The notes: generated by a model from the sequence alone, not told the origin. 64,000 nucleotides of DNA from Mobula hypostoma (GCF_963921235.1 NC_086097.1:95668001-95732000); one strand, 5' to 3'; counted from the stretch's first letter, positions 36,601 through 50,025 are shown. Program-made: numbers and translations.

Positions 36601-39600
36601 TGTGTGTGAGAGTGTGCGTGCGTGTGCATGGATGTGTGTGTGTGAGAGACAGTGTGTGCGTGTGCATGGATGTGTGTGTGTGAGAGACAGTGTGTGCGTG
36701 TGCATGGATGTGTGTGTGTGAGAGACAGTGTGTGCGTGTGCATGGATGTGTGTGTGTGAGAGACAGTGTGTGCGTGTGCATGGATGTGTGTGTGTGAGAG
36801 ACAGTGTGAGCGTGTGCATGGATGTGTGTGTGTGAGAGACAGTGTGTGCGTGTGCATGGATGTGTGTGTGTGAGAGACAGTGCGTGCGTGTGCATGGATG
36901 TGTATGTGTGAGAGACTGTGTGCTTGTGCATGGATGTGTGTGTGTGAGAGACTGTGTGCGTGTGCATGGATGTGTGTGTGTGAGAGACTATGTGTGCGTG
37001 TGCATGTATGTGTGTGTGTGAGTGTGTGCGTGTGCATGGATGTGTGTGTGTGAGAGACAGTGTGTGCGTGTGCATGGATGTGTGAGAGAGATAGTGTGTG
37101 CTTGTGCATGGATGTGTGTGTGTGAGTGTGTGCGTGTGCATGGATGTGTGTGTGTGAGAGACAGTGTGTGCGTGTGCATGTATGTGTGTGTGTGAGTGTG
37201 TGTGTGTGCATGGATGTGTGTGTGTGAGAGACAGTGTGTGCGTGTGCATGGATGTGTGTGTGTGAGAGACAGTGTGTGCGTGTGCATGGATGTGTGTGTG
37301 TGAGAGACAGTGTGTGCGTGTGCATGGATGTGTGTGTGAGAGACTATGTGTGCGTGTGCATGGATGTGTGTGTGAGAGACAGTGTGTGCGTGTGCATGGC
37401 TGTGTGTCTGTGAGAGAGACAGTGCGTGCGTGTGCATGGATATGTGTGTGAGAGAAGTGTGTGCGTGTGCATGGATGTGTGTGTGTGAGAGACAGTGTGT
37501 GCATGTGCATGGATGTGTGTGTGAGAGACAGTGTGTGCGTGTGCATGGATGTTTGTGAGTGAGAGACAGTGTGTGCGTGTGCATGTATGTGTGTGTGTGT
37601 GTGTGTGTGTGTGCATGGATGTGTGTGTGAGAGACAGTGTGTGCGTGTGCATGGATGTTTGTGAGTGAGAGACAGTGTGTGCGTGTGCATGTATGTGTGT
37701 GTGAGTGAGTGTGTGCGTGTGCATGGATGTGTGTGTGTGAGAGACAGTGTGTGCGTGTGCATGGATGTGTGTGTGTGAGAGACAGTGTCTGCGTGTGCAT
37801 GGATGTGTGTGTGAGAGACAGAGTGAGCGTGTGCATGGATGTGTGAGAGAGACAGTGTGTGCGTGTGCATGGATGTGTGTGTGTGAGACAGTGCGTGCGT
37901 GTGCATGGATGTGTGTCTGTGAGAGAGACTATGTGTGCGTGTGCATGGATGTGTGTGTGAGAGACAGTGTGTGCGTGTGCATGGATGTGTGTGTGAGAGA
38001 CAGTGTGTGCGTGTGCATGGATGTGTGTGTGTGAGAGACAGTGTGTGCGTGTGCATGGATGTGTGTGTGTGAGAGACAGTGTGTGCGTGTGCATGGATGT
38101 GTGTGTGAGAGACAGTGTGTGCGTGTGCATGGATGTGTGTGTGTGAGAGACAGTGTGTGCGTGTGCATGGATGTGTGTGTGAGAGACAGTGTGTGCGTGT
38201 GCATGGATGTGTACCTGTGTGAGAGACTATGTGTGCGTGTGCATGGATGTGTGCGTGTGAGAGACAGTGTGTGCGTGTGCATGGATGTGTCTGTGTGAGA
38301 GACAGTGTGTGCGTGTGCATGGATGTGTGTGTGTGAGAGACAGTGTGTGCGTGTGCATGGATGTGTGTGTGAGAGACAGTGCGTGCGTGTGCATGGATGT
38401 GTGTGTGTGAGAGACAGTGCGTGCGTGTGCATGGATGTGTGTGTGTGAGAGACAGTGCGTGCGTGTGCATGGATGTGTGTGTGTGAGACAGTGCGTGCGT
38501 GTGCATGGATGTGTGTGTGAGAGACAGTGTGTGCGTGTGCATGGATGTGTGTGTGAGAGACAGTGCGTGCGTGTGCATGGATGTGTGTGTGAGAGACAGT
38601 GCGTGCGTGTGCATGGATGTGTGTGTGTGAGAGACAGTGTGTGTGCATGGATGTGTGTGTGTGAGAGACAGTGTGTGCGTGTGCATGGATGTGTGTGTGT
38701 GAGAGACAGTGTGTGCGTGTGCATGGATGTGTGTGTGAGAGACAGTGTGTGCGTGTGCACGGATGTGTGTGTGTGAGAGACAGTGTGTGCGTGTGCATGG
38801 ATGTGTGTGTGAGAGACAGTGTGTGCGTGTGCATGGATGTGTGTGTGAGAGACAGTGTGTGCGTGTGCATGGATGTGTGTGTGTGAGAGACAGTGTGTGC
38901 GTGTGCATGGATGTGTGTGTGTGTGAGACAGTGCGTGCATGTGCATGGATGTGTGTGCGTGAGAGAATGCGTGCGTGTGCATGGATGTGTGTGTGTGAGA
39001 GACAGTGTGTGCGTGTGCATGGATGTGTGTGTGTGAGAGACAGTGTGTGCGTGTGCATGGATGTGTGTGTGTGAGAGACAGTGTGTGAGTGTGCATGGAT
39101 GTGTGTGAGAGACAGTGTGTGCGTGTGCATGGATGTGTGTGTGTGAGAGAGTGTGTGCGTGTGCATGGATGTGTGTGTGAGAGACAGTGTGTGCGTGTGC
39201 ATGGATGTGTGTGTGAGACAGCGCGTGCGTGTGCATGGATGTGTGTGTGTGAGAGACAGTGTGTGCGTGTGCATGGATGTGTGTGTGTGAGAGACAGTGT
39301 GTGCGTGTGCATGGATGTGTGTGTGTGAGAGACAGTGTGTGCGTGTGCATGGATGTGTGTGTGTGAGAGACAGTGTGTGCGTGTGCATGTATGTGCGTGT
39401 GTGTGAGAGACAGTGTGTGCGTGTGTATGGATGTGTGTGTGTGAGACAGTGTGTGGTGTGCATGGATGTGTGTGTGAGAGACAGTGTGTGCGTGTGCATG
39501 GATGTGTGTGTGTGAGAGACAGTGTGTGCGTGTGCATGGATGTGTGTGTGAGAGACAGTGTGTGCGTGTGCATGGATGTGTGTGTGTGAGAGACAGTGTG

Positions 39601-39958
39601 TGCGTGTGCATGGATGTGTGTGTGTGGGAGACAGTGTGTGCGTGTGCATGGATGTGTGCCTGTGTGAGAGACTATGTGTGCGTGTGCATGGATGTGTGCG
39701 TGTGAGACAGAGTGTGTGCGTCTGCATGGATATGTGTGTGAGAGACGATGTGTGCGTGTGCATGGATGTGTGTGTGAGAGACAGTGTGTGCGTGTGCATG
39801 GATGTGTGTGTGTGAGAGACAGTGTGTGCGTGTGCATGGATGTGTGTGTGTGAGAGACAGTGTGTGCGTGTGCATGGATGTGTGTGTGTGAGAGACAGTG
39901 CGTGCATGTGCATGGATGTGTGTGTGTGAGAGACAGTGTGTGTGAGTACGTGCACACG
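18637..39958. repeat. ~21.3-kb satellite, unit GAGAGACAGTGTGTGCGTGTGCATGGATGTGTGTGT(GT), 38-40 bp, roughly 530 copies
   Basis: Direct reading; unit length varies in (GT) steps; recurrent diagnostic variants; lies in mta1 intron 16751-44819. Confidence 0.99.
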
Positions 39959-40214
39959 TGGGCTCCATCCTACTGAAGTAACAGCCAAGTCCGAACTCCC
40001 AGCCTCAATCCCCAAACACATGCACCTTCCAAATAGGTGCTGTTCTGGAACAGGAACCTCAGCTGATAAGGCAGAGGATTTCTAGTGTTCCCAACAGATC
40101 TTAGCCATCGAGAGCAGGAACTTCAGCATTTGAAAAAATAGGAAGTTGGTGCAAATAGTGTTTGCTCTATTTTTTTTTGTTATTTGCAGCAGCCTCTGTA
40201 TATACCCGAACAGG

Positions 40215-40855
40215 TAACTTTTATTTTCAGAATCATAATCAGGTTTATTATCACTGGAATATGTCATGAAATTTGTCATTATGTGGCATATATAAAATGT
40301 TAAATTAAATAAATAATGCAGAAAAGTAGTGAGATTGTGTTCACGGGTTCATTGTCCATTCAGAAATCTGATGCCAGAGGGGAAGAAACTGTTGAGTGTG
40401 TGCCTTCCGGCTTCTGTAGCTCCTTCCTGACAGTAACCACGAGAAGATGGCATGTCCTGGCTGATGGGGGTCCTAACGATGTGCGGCACCTTCTTGAAGC
40501 ACCGCTCCTTACAGATGTCCCGGATGCTGGGGAGACGAGTGCCCATGAGGGAGCTGACTGAGTTCATAACTCCCTGCAGCTTACTTCAATCCCGTGCAGT
40601 CCCCCCACACCACCCCTATACCAGACGGTGATGAGGCCAATTAGAATGCTCTCCATGGAACCTCTGTAGAAATTTGCAAGTGTCTGTGGTGACATACCAG
40701 CTCTCCTCAAACTCCTATTGAAATATAGCCGCAATCGTGCTTTTCTAACTGCTTCGATATGTTGGGCCCAGGATAGAACCTCAGAGATGCTGGAAATTGC
40801 TCATCCTTTCCACTTCTGATCCTTTGATGAGGACTCGTCTTAACCTCACTGAAGT
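40215..40855 (-). mobile_element. Rex1/Babar-type LINE 3' fragment
   Basis: Minus-strand LPSIRDICKERC..K peptide and NSFFPSGIRFLNG terminus; (tctga)-type tail near 40225-40245. Confidence 0.75.
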
Positions 40856-42561
40856 CTTTAATTTAATTTCTAAACACTTAATGCATATTTATAGAGTCAG
40901 GGTCATACAACAAGGAAACAGGCTCTTCGACCCATTGAGTTCATGCTGTCCATCAATCACCCACAATCCAATTCCATTTTCATCTCCTCACATTGTCATT
41001 AATGCCATACCAGGTTCAGGAATATCTACTGCCATCAGGTTCTTGCACAACCCTAATCCTACCTCAGCAGCAGAACACTACCGAGCACCTCTTGCTCTAC
41101 TATGGACCCATCTGTCTTGTCTTTTTACTGTACTGGTCTATAATAATTTATGTTCTATCTGCCCACGATGCTGATGAAAGCACATTTTTCCATTGTACCT
41201 GTACCTCAGTGTACTTTTGCACATCACAATAAACTTGACTCAAGATGCTACAACTGTTCTGCCTGTTAGGGGCAATTTACAGTGGGAAATTACCCGACCT
41301 GCCTGTTTGTCTTTGGGTAGTAGTAGATAACCAGACGAGGAAGGTCACATGGTAACAGGAGAACATGCAATGTGCAGACTGCACCAGGAATTGGGACTGA
41401 CTTGCACGTGGGTGACAGGAGTTGTGAGGAAGTAACAGCACGGTATACGGGAGTCAGAATTATCAAAAAAAAACACGTAAACTTGGAAATGTGTGAACGT
41501 CACGAACTGTGAGGTGGTCCTCAGGGTACACAGCTCCTACCCATAGATGACTCAACCTCAACACACTCAGAAGCAGAGGGAGGGAGGGGAAAGGGGGAAA
41601 GGCTATCAGAACATCTTGGTCTTGATCGCCACTGGCCAGTACAGGACTAGAAGTGCAGAGAGTAATGGGAATGCAAGTGAGGTGTATCCACGTGGGAAGA
41701 ACGAAAAGCTGTTGAAGAACAGCCAGAAGAGTGACAGGGCAGGAAGCTGCCCAAAAGGGGAAGGGGAATGCCTCATTTAGAGGAGTTGGAATGATTTAGC
41801 ACAGAAACAAACCATTCAGCCCACCACATCCGTGCTGACCCATTTATGTCGATTTTTCACTAATCCCATTTTAATCTGCCCTTCCAGGCTCTAGTGCTCG
41901 TCTAAGCCCGAGGGACAATTCACAATGGCCAATAACCCTGCCACGCCACTGGGAAGGCAGAGGCTGATATCTGCGAGTCCAGTGGAGGTCGGAAGCCTGG
42001 CCTGTCCTGGTGTCGGAGGACTGTCTCTAATTGTGGGTGGGTGGGTGGATGGCGGGGATGGGGGGACAGAGGGAAAGGGCTTGTTTTGTTATTTTGTTGC
42101 TGTTGCTCTGTTGAACATTGTGGATTGGCACCAGAATGTGTGGTGACACTTGCCAAGCCCTGCAAGTGCCAACAACCAGCACAGCCTTAGCTTCTGCTCA
42201 TTGTTGGCACAAAGGCCACACTTCACTCTATGTTTCAATGTACATATGATAAATAAATGAATCTGCATCTGTTGCAAACAGAACAAAAAGTGTAATGTGA
42301 AGGCTGCCTACTTGGTGCCAGTGAGGGGCATCCCAAACTAGCTCAAAAGGAGGCACAAATTGAGCTCAGAGGGCCAGGCAGCATCTGTAGAGGGAAATGG
42401 ACAGTTAACACTTTGGTTTGAGATCTCTGCCTGACATCTCAAATTTCTCCACCTCTGGCTTAAAAGGATAATGGGGAGGGAGGAAATGTGGAGACCAACA
42501 GTCCAGGAAAGAATAGAGGAGGGATTATTTTTAGAAAGCAAATCAGGAAAATTTATTTATT

Positions 42562-42828
42562 GTGATACAGCCACGGAGTAAGTCTTTCTGGCCCTTCGAG
42601 TTGCGCTGCCCAGCAATCCCCCAATTTAACCCTCGTCTAATTTACAATGACCAATTAGCCTACCAACCAGAATAGCTTTGGACTGTGGGAGGAAACCAGA
42701 GCACATGGAGGAAACCCACATGGTCACAGGGAGGACGTACAAACTCCTTATAGGCAGCAGTAGGAATCGAACCCGGGTCGCTGGTACTGTAAAGCGCTGT
42801 GCTAACCACTATGTTACCGTGCCACCCC
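42562..42828 (-). mobile_element. tRNA-derived SINE (HE1/V-SINE-like)
   Basis: GGGAGGAAACCAGAGCAC..GGAAACCCAC core; B box GGGTTCGATTCC on the minus strand. Confidence 0.8.
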
Positions 42829-43633
42829 TGGTAAAGAAGACCTCAGTGTTATAATCTCTGCATTATTATCTGAGTCACATACATATCGGCAGAGGGGGAG
42901 CAACTGCTGAGGTGACAGGGTTGGTGAGTGGTGCTCCTTTCTCTGGGAGACTTGCACCAGCACCTGGAATGCTGGAACCCACACCACCTGGAGAGGGAAA
43001 AGGTCAGGAATCTCAGGGAAAGGATAGAAAGGACAACACAAGGATTTGAAACCAGCCAATAGGGATGCTGGAAAGGCCTGGGCAGACACTACTTCGATAG
43101 ATTTTCATAAGGTATTTTATAAAGACTCCCATGAAGGGGAGGGAGGAGACATTTGCTAGATATGGTGCTGTAAGCAAATTATTGATCAACTGAGTAGATA
43201 AGAGTCAGAAAGATGGGCCTCAAATCAACATATGTCGACTAGTAGGGTTGCTCAGGGATTGAGTTGGGGACTCGTCTATTTACTGTATTTATCAATAACT
43301 TATGATAGGATGGACAGTCACGTTTACAAATTTGTGGATGATATACAGGATTATAAGCAGTGTGCAGAGGGACACCAAGTTACTGAAAGTATTAATAGAT
43401 TATTCAAGAGGATAAATCCGTCAGAGGATTTAAACATTGGGAAATCAGGTTATCTGCTCTGACCACAAGAAAACAGGAGCAGGAGTAGGCCATTCAGCCC
43501 CTCAAGCCAAGCCTGACCCAATCAATATGATCGTGGCTGATCTAATGCTAGTCTCAACTCCACTTCTGTGCCAATTCCACATACCCATCAGTCACTCAAA
43601 CTGTCAAATATTTATCTACTTCCATCTTAAGTA

Positions 43634-44110
43634 CAGTACTGTGCAGAAATCTCAGGTACATATATATAGCTAGTGTACCAAAGACTACTGCACAGTACTG
43701 TGTTTGTCAATGTGGAGTGGAGAGCAAGTTTGTAAATCTGGTGGGAGCAGAGGATGTTGGGATTGGCGAGGGTGGGGCACCATGGGACGGGTGTGGGACA
43801 GCTGGCAGAGAAGGAATGCCAGGAGCAGGGGGTGGCGTGGCAGCAGATTCACCCATCCCTGAGACACCAGACGAGGTCATTTGATTCCAAACAATTGGTT
43901 TATTGATCATTACACGATGTTTCCCTGGTGCTTCCTGCTCCCTCCTTTCTCCCTTCCCCTTATCCCAACCATGATTCCCCTCTCCCTGCCTCCTTCCCAT
44001 TCTCAGTCCACAATAGAGACCCAGATCAGAATCAGGATTATCATCACTCACATGTCATGAATTTTGGGGGCGGGTGGGATGGGGTTTTGCGGCAGCAGTA
44101 CAGTGCTGTA
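43634..44110. mobile_element. Tc1/mariner-like non-autonomous element; 43634-43700 is a 67-bp hairpin MITE
   Basis: TA-CAGTACTGTGCA ... TGCACAGTACTG 12-bp inverted repeat; the extension to ~44110 is inferred and less certain. Confidence 0.6.
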
Positions 44111-44134
44111 CAAAAGTCTGGAATTTGTTACCAC

Positions 44135-44338
44135 GGGCAACTGTGGAGGCCAGGTCATTGGGTTTATTTAAGGCAGAGCTTGATGGGTTCTTGATTGAAA
44201 ACAGCTTCATAGGTTACAGGGAGAAGGCCGAGGAATGGGGCTGAGGAGGGGAAAATACAATCAGCCATGATTGAATGGCGGAGTAGACTCGGTGGGCCGA
44301 ATGGCCTATTTCTCCTCCTATGTCTTATGGTCTTATGA
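44135..44338 (+). mobile_element. CR1 LINE 3' end
   Basis: GGCCAGGTCATTGGGT.TATTTAAGGCAGAG...TCAGCCATGATTGAATGGCGGAGTAGACTCG.TGGGCCGAATGGCCTA and (tcttatgg) tail. Confidence 0.75.
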
Positions 44339-44819
44339 TATAAAGAGTAGAGATAAAATCAAACAAGATCCCTTGGATGAAAGGTTTAAAAGGCTAACAG
44401 ACTCTGCTCTGTTATTATTTTTCCCGAGATGTTCCTGTCATCATCTGTCACCTGACAAGCATGTTCCCATCTGACAGTAGATGGGTCAACAGTCCTTTGG
44501 GATGGAACGTCTAGGCTGAATGAGTATGTGCAGTGTTTCTGTCCAATCACACACAATGATGGTCATTCATCGCCATGCCAACAGCGTTCATTTCACAAAT
44601 GGAAGACACTTGGTGGCCAAGGCAGAAGGCTTGCATTTAGCTAAATATTTTTGAAATATATTTACCTGCTGCAACTGTGGAAATCAGACCCACAGACAGC
44701 AATGTGGTAACGATTACATGACCAGGCTTTAAGATGTCGATGGAACACAGTACAGGGCGATTGCACTTCCCAAAGACGTATCATGATTTCCTGTAACAAT
44801 GCGTCGAGCTGACACTTAC

Positions 44820-44909
44820 CTAAGTATTGCACAATTGTTTCCAAGGGTTTTCTAACAGCACGCTTCAGCCCTGTGGCTCGATTTTCTGCTTCTGGTAATC
44901 GCAACGTAC
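44820..44909 (-). CDS. mta1: MTA1-like exon (C/TLRLPEAENRATGLKRAVRKPLETIVQYL), 90 bp, phase 1-1
   Basis: Acceptor tgcaccag|GT, donor G|gtaagt; resembles MTA1 CTARLPEA...LKQAVRKPLEAVLRYL. Confidence 0.94.
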
Positions 44910-45834
44910 CTGGTGCATGAAAATTAACAGGTTATTTTTGGAAACTTAAGTCCTCTGGCATAATCTGTAATTGTCTCCTTCCTATTTCTGAAGAGCAGGG
45001 AGAAATGAGATGCTGTCCAGGGATCAAACTTGGGCCAGGCCAACGGAATGGAAGTCACCTCCATTTGCTGTTTGTAAATCCTTTACAAATTCAAATAGAC
45101 TCCAGAGCTCCTATCACAGGGGGGCAACAGCATTCCTCGTTGAATGAGGAAGCACACTTAAAAGACTAAGGGCTGGTCACTTAAAGCTGAGGTGTGCAAT
45201 TGAATTGGTATCGTGGTCGACACAGACTTTGCGGCTGAAGGGCAGGTTGCTGTGTTGTACGGTTCCATGTTGTCACTGAAGTGAACCTCTGCAACTTCCT
45301 ACCCCAGAGGAATGGGGAGGGTGGATTATTGGGCATATTCAAAAACAAGTAGAGAATATTTTGAAAGGTGGGGAAATTGAAGGCTATGGGGAACCGACAG
45401 AGAAGAGATGATACTTTGGGCAAATCAACCATGATCATACTGAATAGGGGAGCAGGTTTAACAGCTCAGTGACCTACTCCTGCTCCTAACTTCTTATGTT
45501 GAGACATGGCACGGAACAAGTGTGGAGAAACATAGACTGGAAAAGTATGTCTCACCCTACACAGGTGAACGCATTTTCAGTGCTGAAGAATTACAAAGAG
45601 GTTACGGAAACCCGAGAGTTATAGAGTCACAGAGAACAGAAACAGACCTTTCAGCCCAACTACAAGGAGGCCATTCTTCCCATTGAGAAACTGCTGCCTC
45701 TCAGAATGATTTTATTTCTGCTACTACCTGCCCTCTCAAATGCCCATCAGCTCCTCCCTGATTCTCCAATCAACCATGGTACCTGCATTCGGATGGATTT
45801 ACAGTGGGCCTGGCCATTTTTAAAAAAATTCGAG

Positions 45835-46068
45835 ATATAGCACAGTAACAGGGTCTTCTGGCCCAATGACCCCCCCACGGTGCCCATGTGACCAATTAAC
45901 CGACTAACCAGTATATCTTTACAATGTGGGAGGAAACCAGAGCACCCAGAGGAAACCCACACGATCATGGGGAGAACATACAAACTCCTTACAGACACCA
46001 GCGGGAATTGAACCGGGGGTCGCTAGCACCGTAAAGATTTACACTAACTGCTACACTACTGTGTCACT
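45835..46068 (-). mobile_element. tRNA-derived SINE (HE1/V-SINE-like)
   Basis: Colinear with the copies at 7540 and 42562. Confidence 0.8.
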
Positions 46069-46210
46069 TTCACTGACCAACATGTCTTCAGGATGTAGGA
46101 GATAACCAGAGCATCAGGGGGAAGCCCAGGAGGGGAGAAACTCCAAACAAACAGCACCAGAGGTCAGAATCAAAGCCAAGTGAGGCAGCAGTGCTATGCT
46201 GCCTTCCTAA

Positions 46211-46882
46211 TGTAAGGGGTTTCTTCTTTTATGTTACTGTGTAGTCTAATTAAAATGGCTTCTTTGTTATGTTAACTGCTGAGAAAGTCCTCCCGCTAGC
46301 AGTTTGTTTGGATTATGTTATTGATAAGAGGGTGTTACAAACCAATTGGGATAGATGTTATTCTTTCTGTGTGTCTGTAAGTTAGTGTGATGCGCGGGTT
46401 TTGTGCAGAAGGCGGGAAACAGAGACATAGGGTGGACAAGGAGCTGTGAGTCCGTTAAAGGGGTCGGATCGCGAGCAGGAGTCAGAGGTCCAGGGTGTTC
46501 AGTGAGGAGAGGAGATGGAGATGGACTCGCACGGAGTGTCTGGTCAACCACCGTTGTTGGTCCCAGGTGGCAGGTCAAGGTGTCCGAGGGGAGACACAGG
46601 GTGAAGAGCTCCAACTGTTTGTGCACGAAGAGATTGAACTTTTGATAAGTGTGGCGCCTTTTATTTTCCTTTTATATTTCATTCTCTATTAATTATATAG
46701 TTCTAGTAATATCTATAAACTGTAAATCATTTAATCGTGTCTGGTGTATTGTCTGTTATTTGGGCGGGGTGGGGTACATCACACAGCATCCACACAAACT
46801 ATTACCCAGTTTGGCGGGGCCAAGGACTGTTTCCCTAGACGACAGCGAGCTAAGCGACCCTGAGGCTTGCCAGAGGGCTACA
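46211..46882 (+). mobile_element. Solo LTR (672 bp) with 4-bp TSD
   Basis: Begins TGTA, ends TACA; CTAA at 46207-46210 and 46883-46886; no internal coding region. Orientation and superfamily are uncertain. Confidence 0.8.
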
Positions 46883-47274
46883 CTAATTTCAGGATCTCTT
46901 CAGTTTTCGTGGTGCTGGGACTCAGGTGTGGCACTTGGCAGAAGACTCAAAACGTAGTAGACAGTCGTGTTCAGTTGGTCAGAGATGAGAGTGTATTGAC
47001 GGTAGACTGGAGCTGGTGTGAGGGGGGGTTCAAGAAGAGGGTTGGATGTGATTTGGTTTTTCCTTCACATCCCTAGGAGGCCATTCTCACAGAAATCTGC
47101 CAGTCACCAGCCTAAACTCTGGGACCTATTTTTAAAACGAGCCTACAAAATCTTGTTACTGCAAGATGCATGTCCAAGCACAGGGGACATGGAGAACAGG
47201 GAACTAACGCCTGGAGTGTGTGAAAATTAGCTGGTAAAGGTGGACAGAAAATAGAGGGCTGATCCGGGACTGTA

Positions 47275-48025
47275 AAGGCACTTCCGAGTGAGGCAGACAT
47301 TGACATGCAGCTCGGCCAAACTTACCTACTGCGGTCTGTGCTCTCAAAGTGGCCTCCTCTACATTGGTGAGATCAAAGGCAGACTAGGGAACTGCTTTGC
47401 CAAGCACCTATACACTGTAAACATGGCCTTCTGGACCTTCTGGTTGTCAGCTATTTTAATTACCCTCCCCATTCCCACAATGGCCTGTCTGCCCTCAGAC
47501 TCCTTCACTGTCAGATACAAACTAGAGAACCAGCACCTTATATTCTGTCTGGGTAGCCTGCAACCTAACAGCATGAGCATTAACTTCAAGCGATCTGCTC
47601 CCCCTCTACTCCTTTTCTCTCTCCTCCTGGTCCACCCAGTTCATCCTCCACATACACAGACAAACCCCCCCATCCCTTGCTCCGCCTTCACTTGCCCATC
47701 ACCCACACCGGGGGTCCCCTCCTCCAAGTGCTCATCCCACCTCCCTCATTTGATTCCATGTTCCGCATTAAATCTTCTATCATAGTCAATCCTCTGTATC
47801 CTTTTGTCAATACTCAGCCTCTCCCACTATATCCACTCTTCCCTCCTCCATCTGCTGGTCACCTCCTCACCTGGGTCCACCTACTGCTTGCCAGCATTTT
47901 CCCCACCCCTCCCTCTCACTTTTTCATTCTGGTCATCTCCCACCTACTCGCTCATCAGCCGTCCATTTCTCTCTACACACACTGCCTGAACCCACCTGAC
48001 TTCCTCCAGTAGCTTGTTTTTTGTG
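47275..48025 (+). mobile_element. Old Penelope-like element fragment (decayed GIY-YIG)
   Basis: GLLYIGEIKGRLGNCFAKHL and LENQHLIFCLGSLQPNSM peptides, followed by a CT-rich 3' region. Confidence 0.8.
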
Positions 48026-48407
48026 TCAAAAAGTAGAGCAAATGACCAGCATCACTCAAAGAAGGAAAGTGTTGAGATTTACAACAAATTCATTGCCTTC
48101 AAAGGGCGAACACAGTGGACAGTGAGGATGCAAAAAACTGAAGTGAGTTTAGCTCATTTCTGCTGTGGTATTGCCCAAGGACTGAATGTTTGCCAGGGCA
48201 CCGGGAAAATAAAGGGCAGAACAGCTCCGGAGAGTGACCCAGTGTGTGTACGCGTGTGAGACGAAGGCCAAGAACAAGTGGTACAAAGGGCTGGAGAACC
48301 AGCTCGTGTGGAAGACAGGCATGTCGTCCTCCACAGGGAAACAACGTCATGCCTGGAGAACTTCCTCACGAGGCTCAAAGCTGTCCAGGTCTCACTGGGG
48401 TACTCAC

Positions 48408-48591
48408 ACTCTGCCTTGATGGCGGCACTGTTAATTGGCACATACGGATGCCGGGCTGCCTGTTGCAGAATGTCTTGACACAAGCGCCGGGCTATTCTTG
48501 TCAGCTTGGTCGTGCACAGGTAAAAAGCCTGTCGTGTCTTCACAGCAAACTTGGGCCTGGTGCTATTCCTCATCGGCGTGCCGTGGGCACT
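48408..48591 (-). CDS. mta1: MTA1-like exon (SAHGTPMRNSTRPKFAVKTRQAFYLCTTKLTRIARRLCQDILQQAARHPYVPINSAAIKAE), R1 RBBP4-binding region, 184 bp, phase 0-1
   Basis: Acceptor gtctctccag|AGT, donor T|gtgagt; KTRQAFYL, TTKLTRIARRLC and AARHPY.PINSAAIKAE match MTA1. Confidence 0.96.
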
Positions 48592-49617
48592 CTGGAGAGA
48601 CAACACATCACAGTGACTGTCAAAATTCAGCCCAAAAAGAAGAAACCCAAACCCAGGGGCTGGAACAGGCAACCGAGCAGCAGAGGTGTGCCCAGGAAAG
48701 GCCTGTGCTGCAGACTGACACGTCTCCTGCTGGCTGTTCCTTCTCAGAAGTGGGTGGAGAGTATGTTTCACCACTGCTCCCCCCCCACCCATACAGGAGA
48801 AAAAACATCTTCAGTGCTTTGCAGACGGCTACCAATCCCCAGCAAAGAATGATGAATGCCTCTATTTGCTTGGTACATCTCTTTAGTCACACAGGCAAAT
48901 GGGCAGACATTTTGTCTATGGCCAGACCACAAACAGATCTGAGGTGGACCATAGTTTTGTTGTTTGGGTTATTATTGGACACAATGCTGAGAGACCTCTG
49001 CTGATTTTCTTTCATTATTGTTACGGGAACTTCCAACATCCACCCAGATACCTAAAAGTGCAGGCAAGGCTGGAAGGTGGGAAGCATGGCAGGTAATGAG
49101 TGCACAGTGCGATCCCACAACTGCCTTGAAGTGGACCGTGGCAACAATAAGTTTTGGTGGTGCTGTCAGAATGCAGAATGTAGGACTACCCTGTGCCTCA
49201 TTACAATGGTTCCCTGGGGTCTTCGATGCCCAGCTGGCAGCAGGTGGGGCCTCAGTTTAAAGCTGGCACCTTTGTCAGTGCTGCTTTGCCACAGCTGACA
49301 CCAGAGCACCAGCCCCTACTTTGTTCCCAAGCTTGTGGAGTGAGAAGTCAGGGATGTAGAGCCCTGCAAACTAAGCCAGAGCTGTTACCATCAACATAAC
49401 AGCAACAAAATGCACGTTCTGGGAAGTGGGAAAAATGGGTATTGCTTTGTGATGCAGATAGGATTGCATGTGTCCTGTGTAGCCTGGGACTATAAAGAGT
49501 GGTTTAACCACGAGGAAATTTGTCTATGATTGCTTGCACTACGTGCACGATAAATGGTGGATCACTTTCTACTTTGAAACTGCAGTTTCACTGACTTCAA
49601 TGTGGGTGTACCTGTAC

Positions 49618-50025
49618 CTCAGGGACTGCCGTGGTTCAAGAAGGCAGCTCATCACCACCTCCTCAAGGGCAACTAGGGATGGGCAATAAATGCCGGCTTA
49701 GCTGGTGACTCCCACATCCCGTAAATGGATAATTTTTTAAAACAAGCAACTAAATTCTGGAAGAGGCGACACAATCTTTTCCCAAGGATAGAGGACGTAG
49801 GTTTAAAGTGGGAGGGAAAGATTTAAAAGGAACCTGAGGGACAAGGTTTTCTCACAGAGTGTGGTGGGTAATATGAAAGAGCTGTCTGGGGAGGAGGTGG
49901 GTACAATCACAGTATTTAAAAGATATTTGGTACGTGTACACCTAAAGGAAAGATTTTGTGGGACGTGGGCCAAATGTAGTCAAATGGTACCGAAGAGCCT
50001 GTCTCCGTGGTGTAATACTCTTCGA
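49618..50025 (+). mobile_element. Two adjacent LINE/SINE 3'-end fragments (49618-49730 and CR1 49770-50025)
   Basis: GGTTCAAGAAGGCAGCTCA.CACCACCT.CTCAAGGGCAA.TAGGGATGGGCAATAAATGC tail, then CR1-type FKVGGERFKRNLR and F.QSVVG remnants. Confidence 0.65.

Noticed and set aside
18588..40021. Very long His/Thr-rich and Cys/Val-rich ORFs (up to 1259 aa)
   Set aside because: Translations of the GT/CA satellite, open in several frames because the unit lacks stops; intronic, with no domain structure.
48234..49004. Plus-strand ORFs of 189-202 aa
   Set aside because: Antisense shadows of the mta1 exon and adjacent intron with no recognisable motif.
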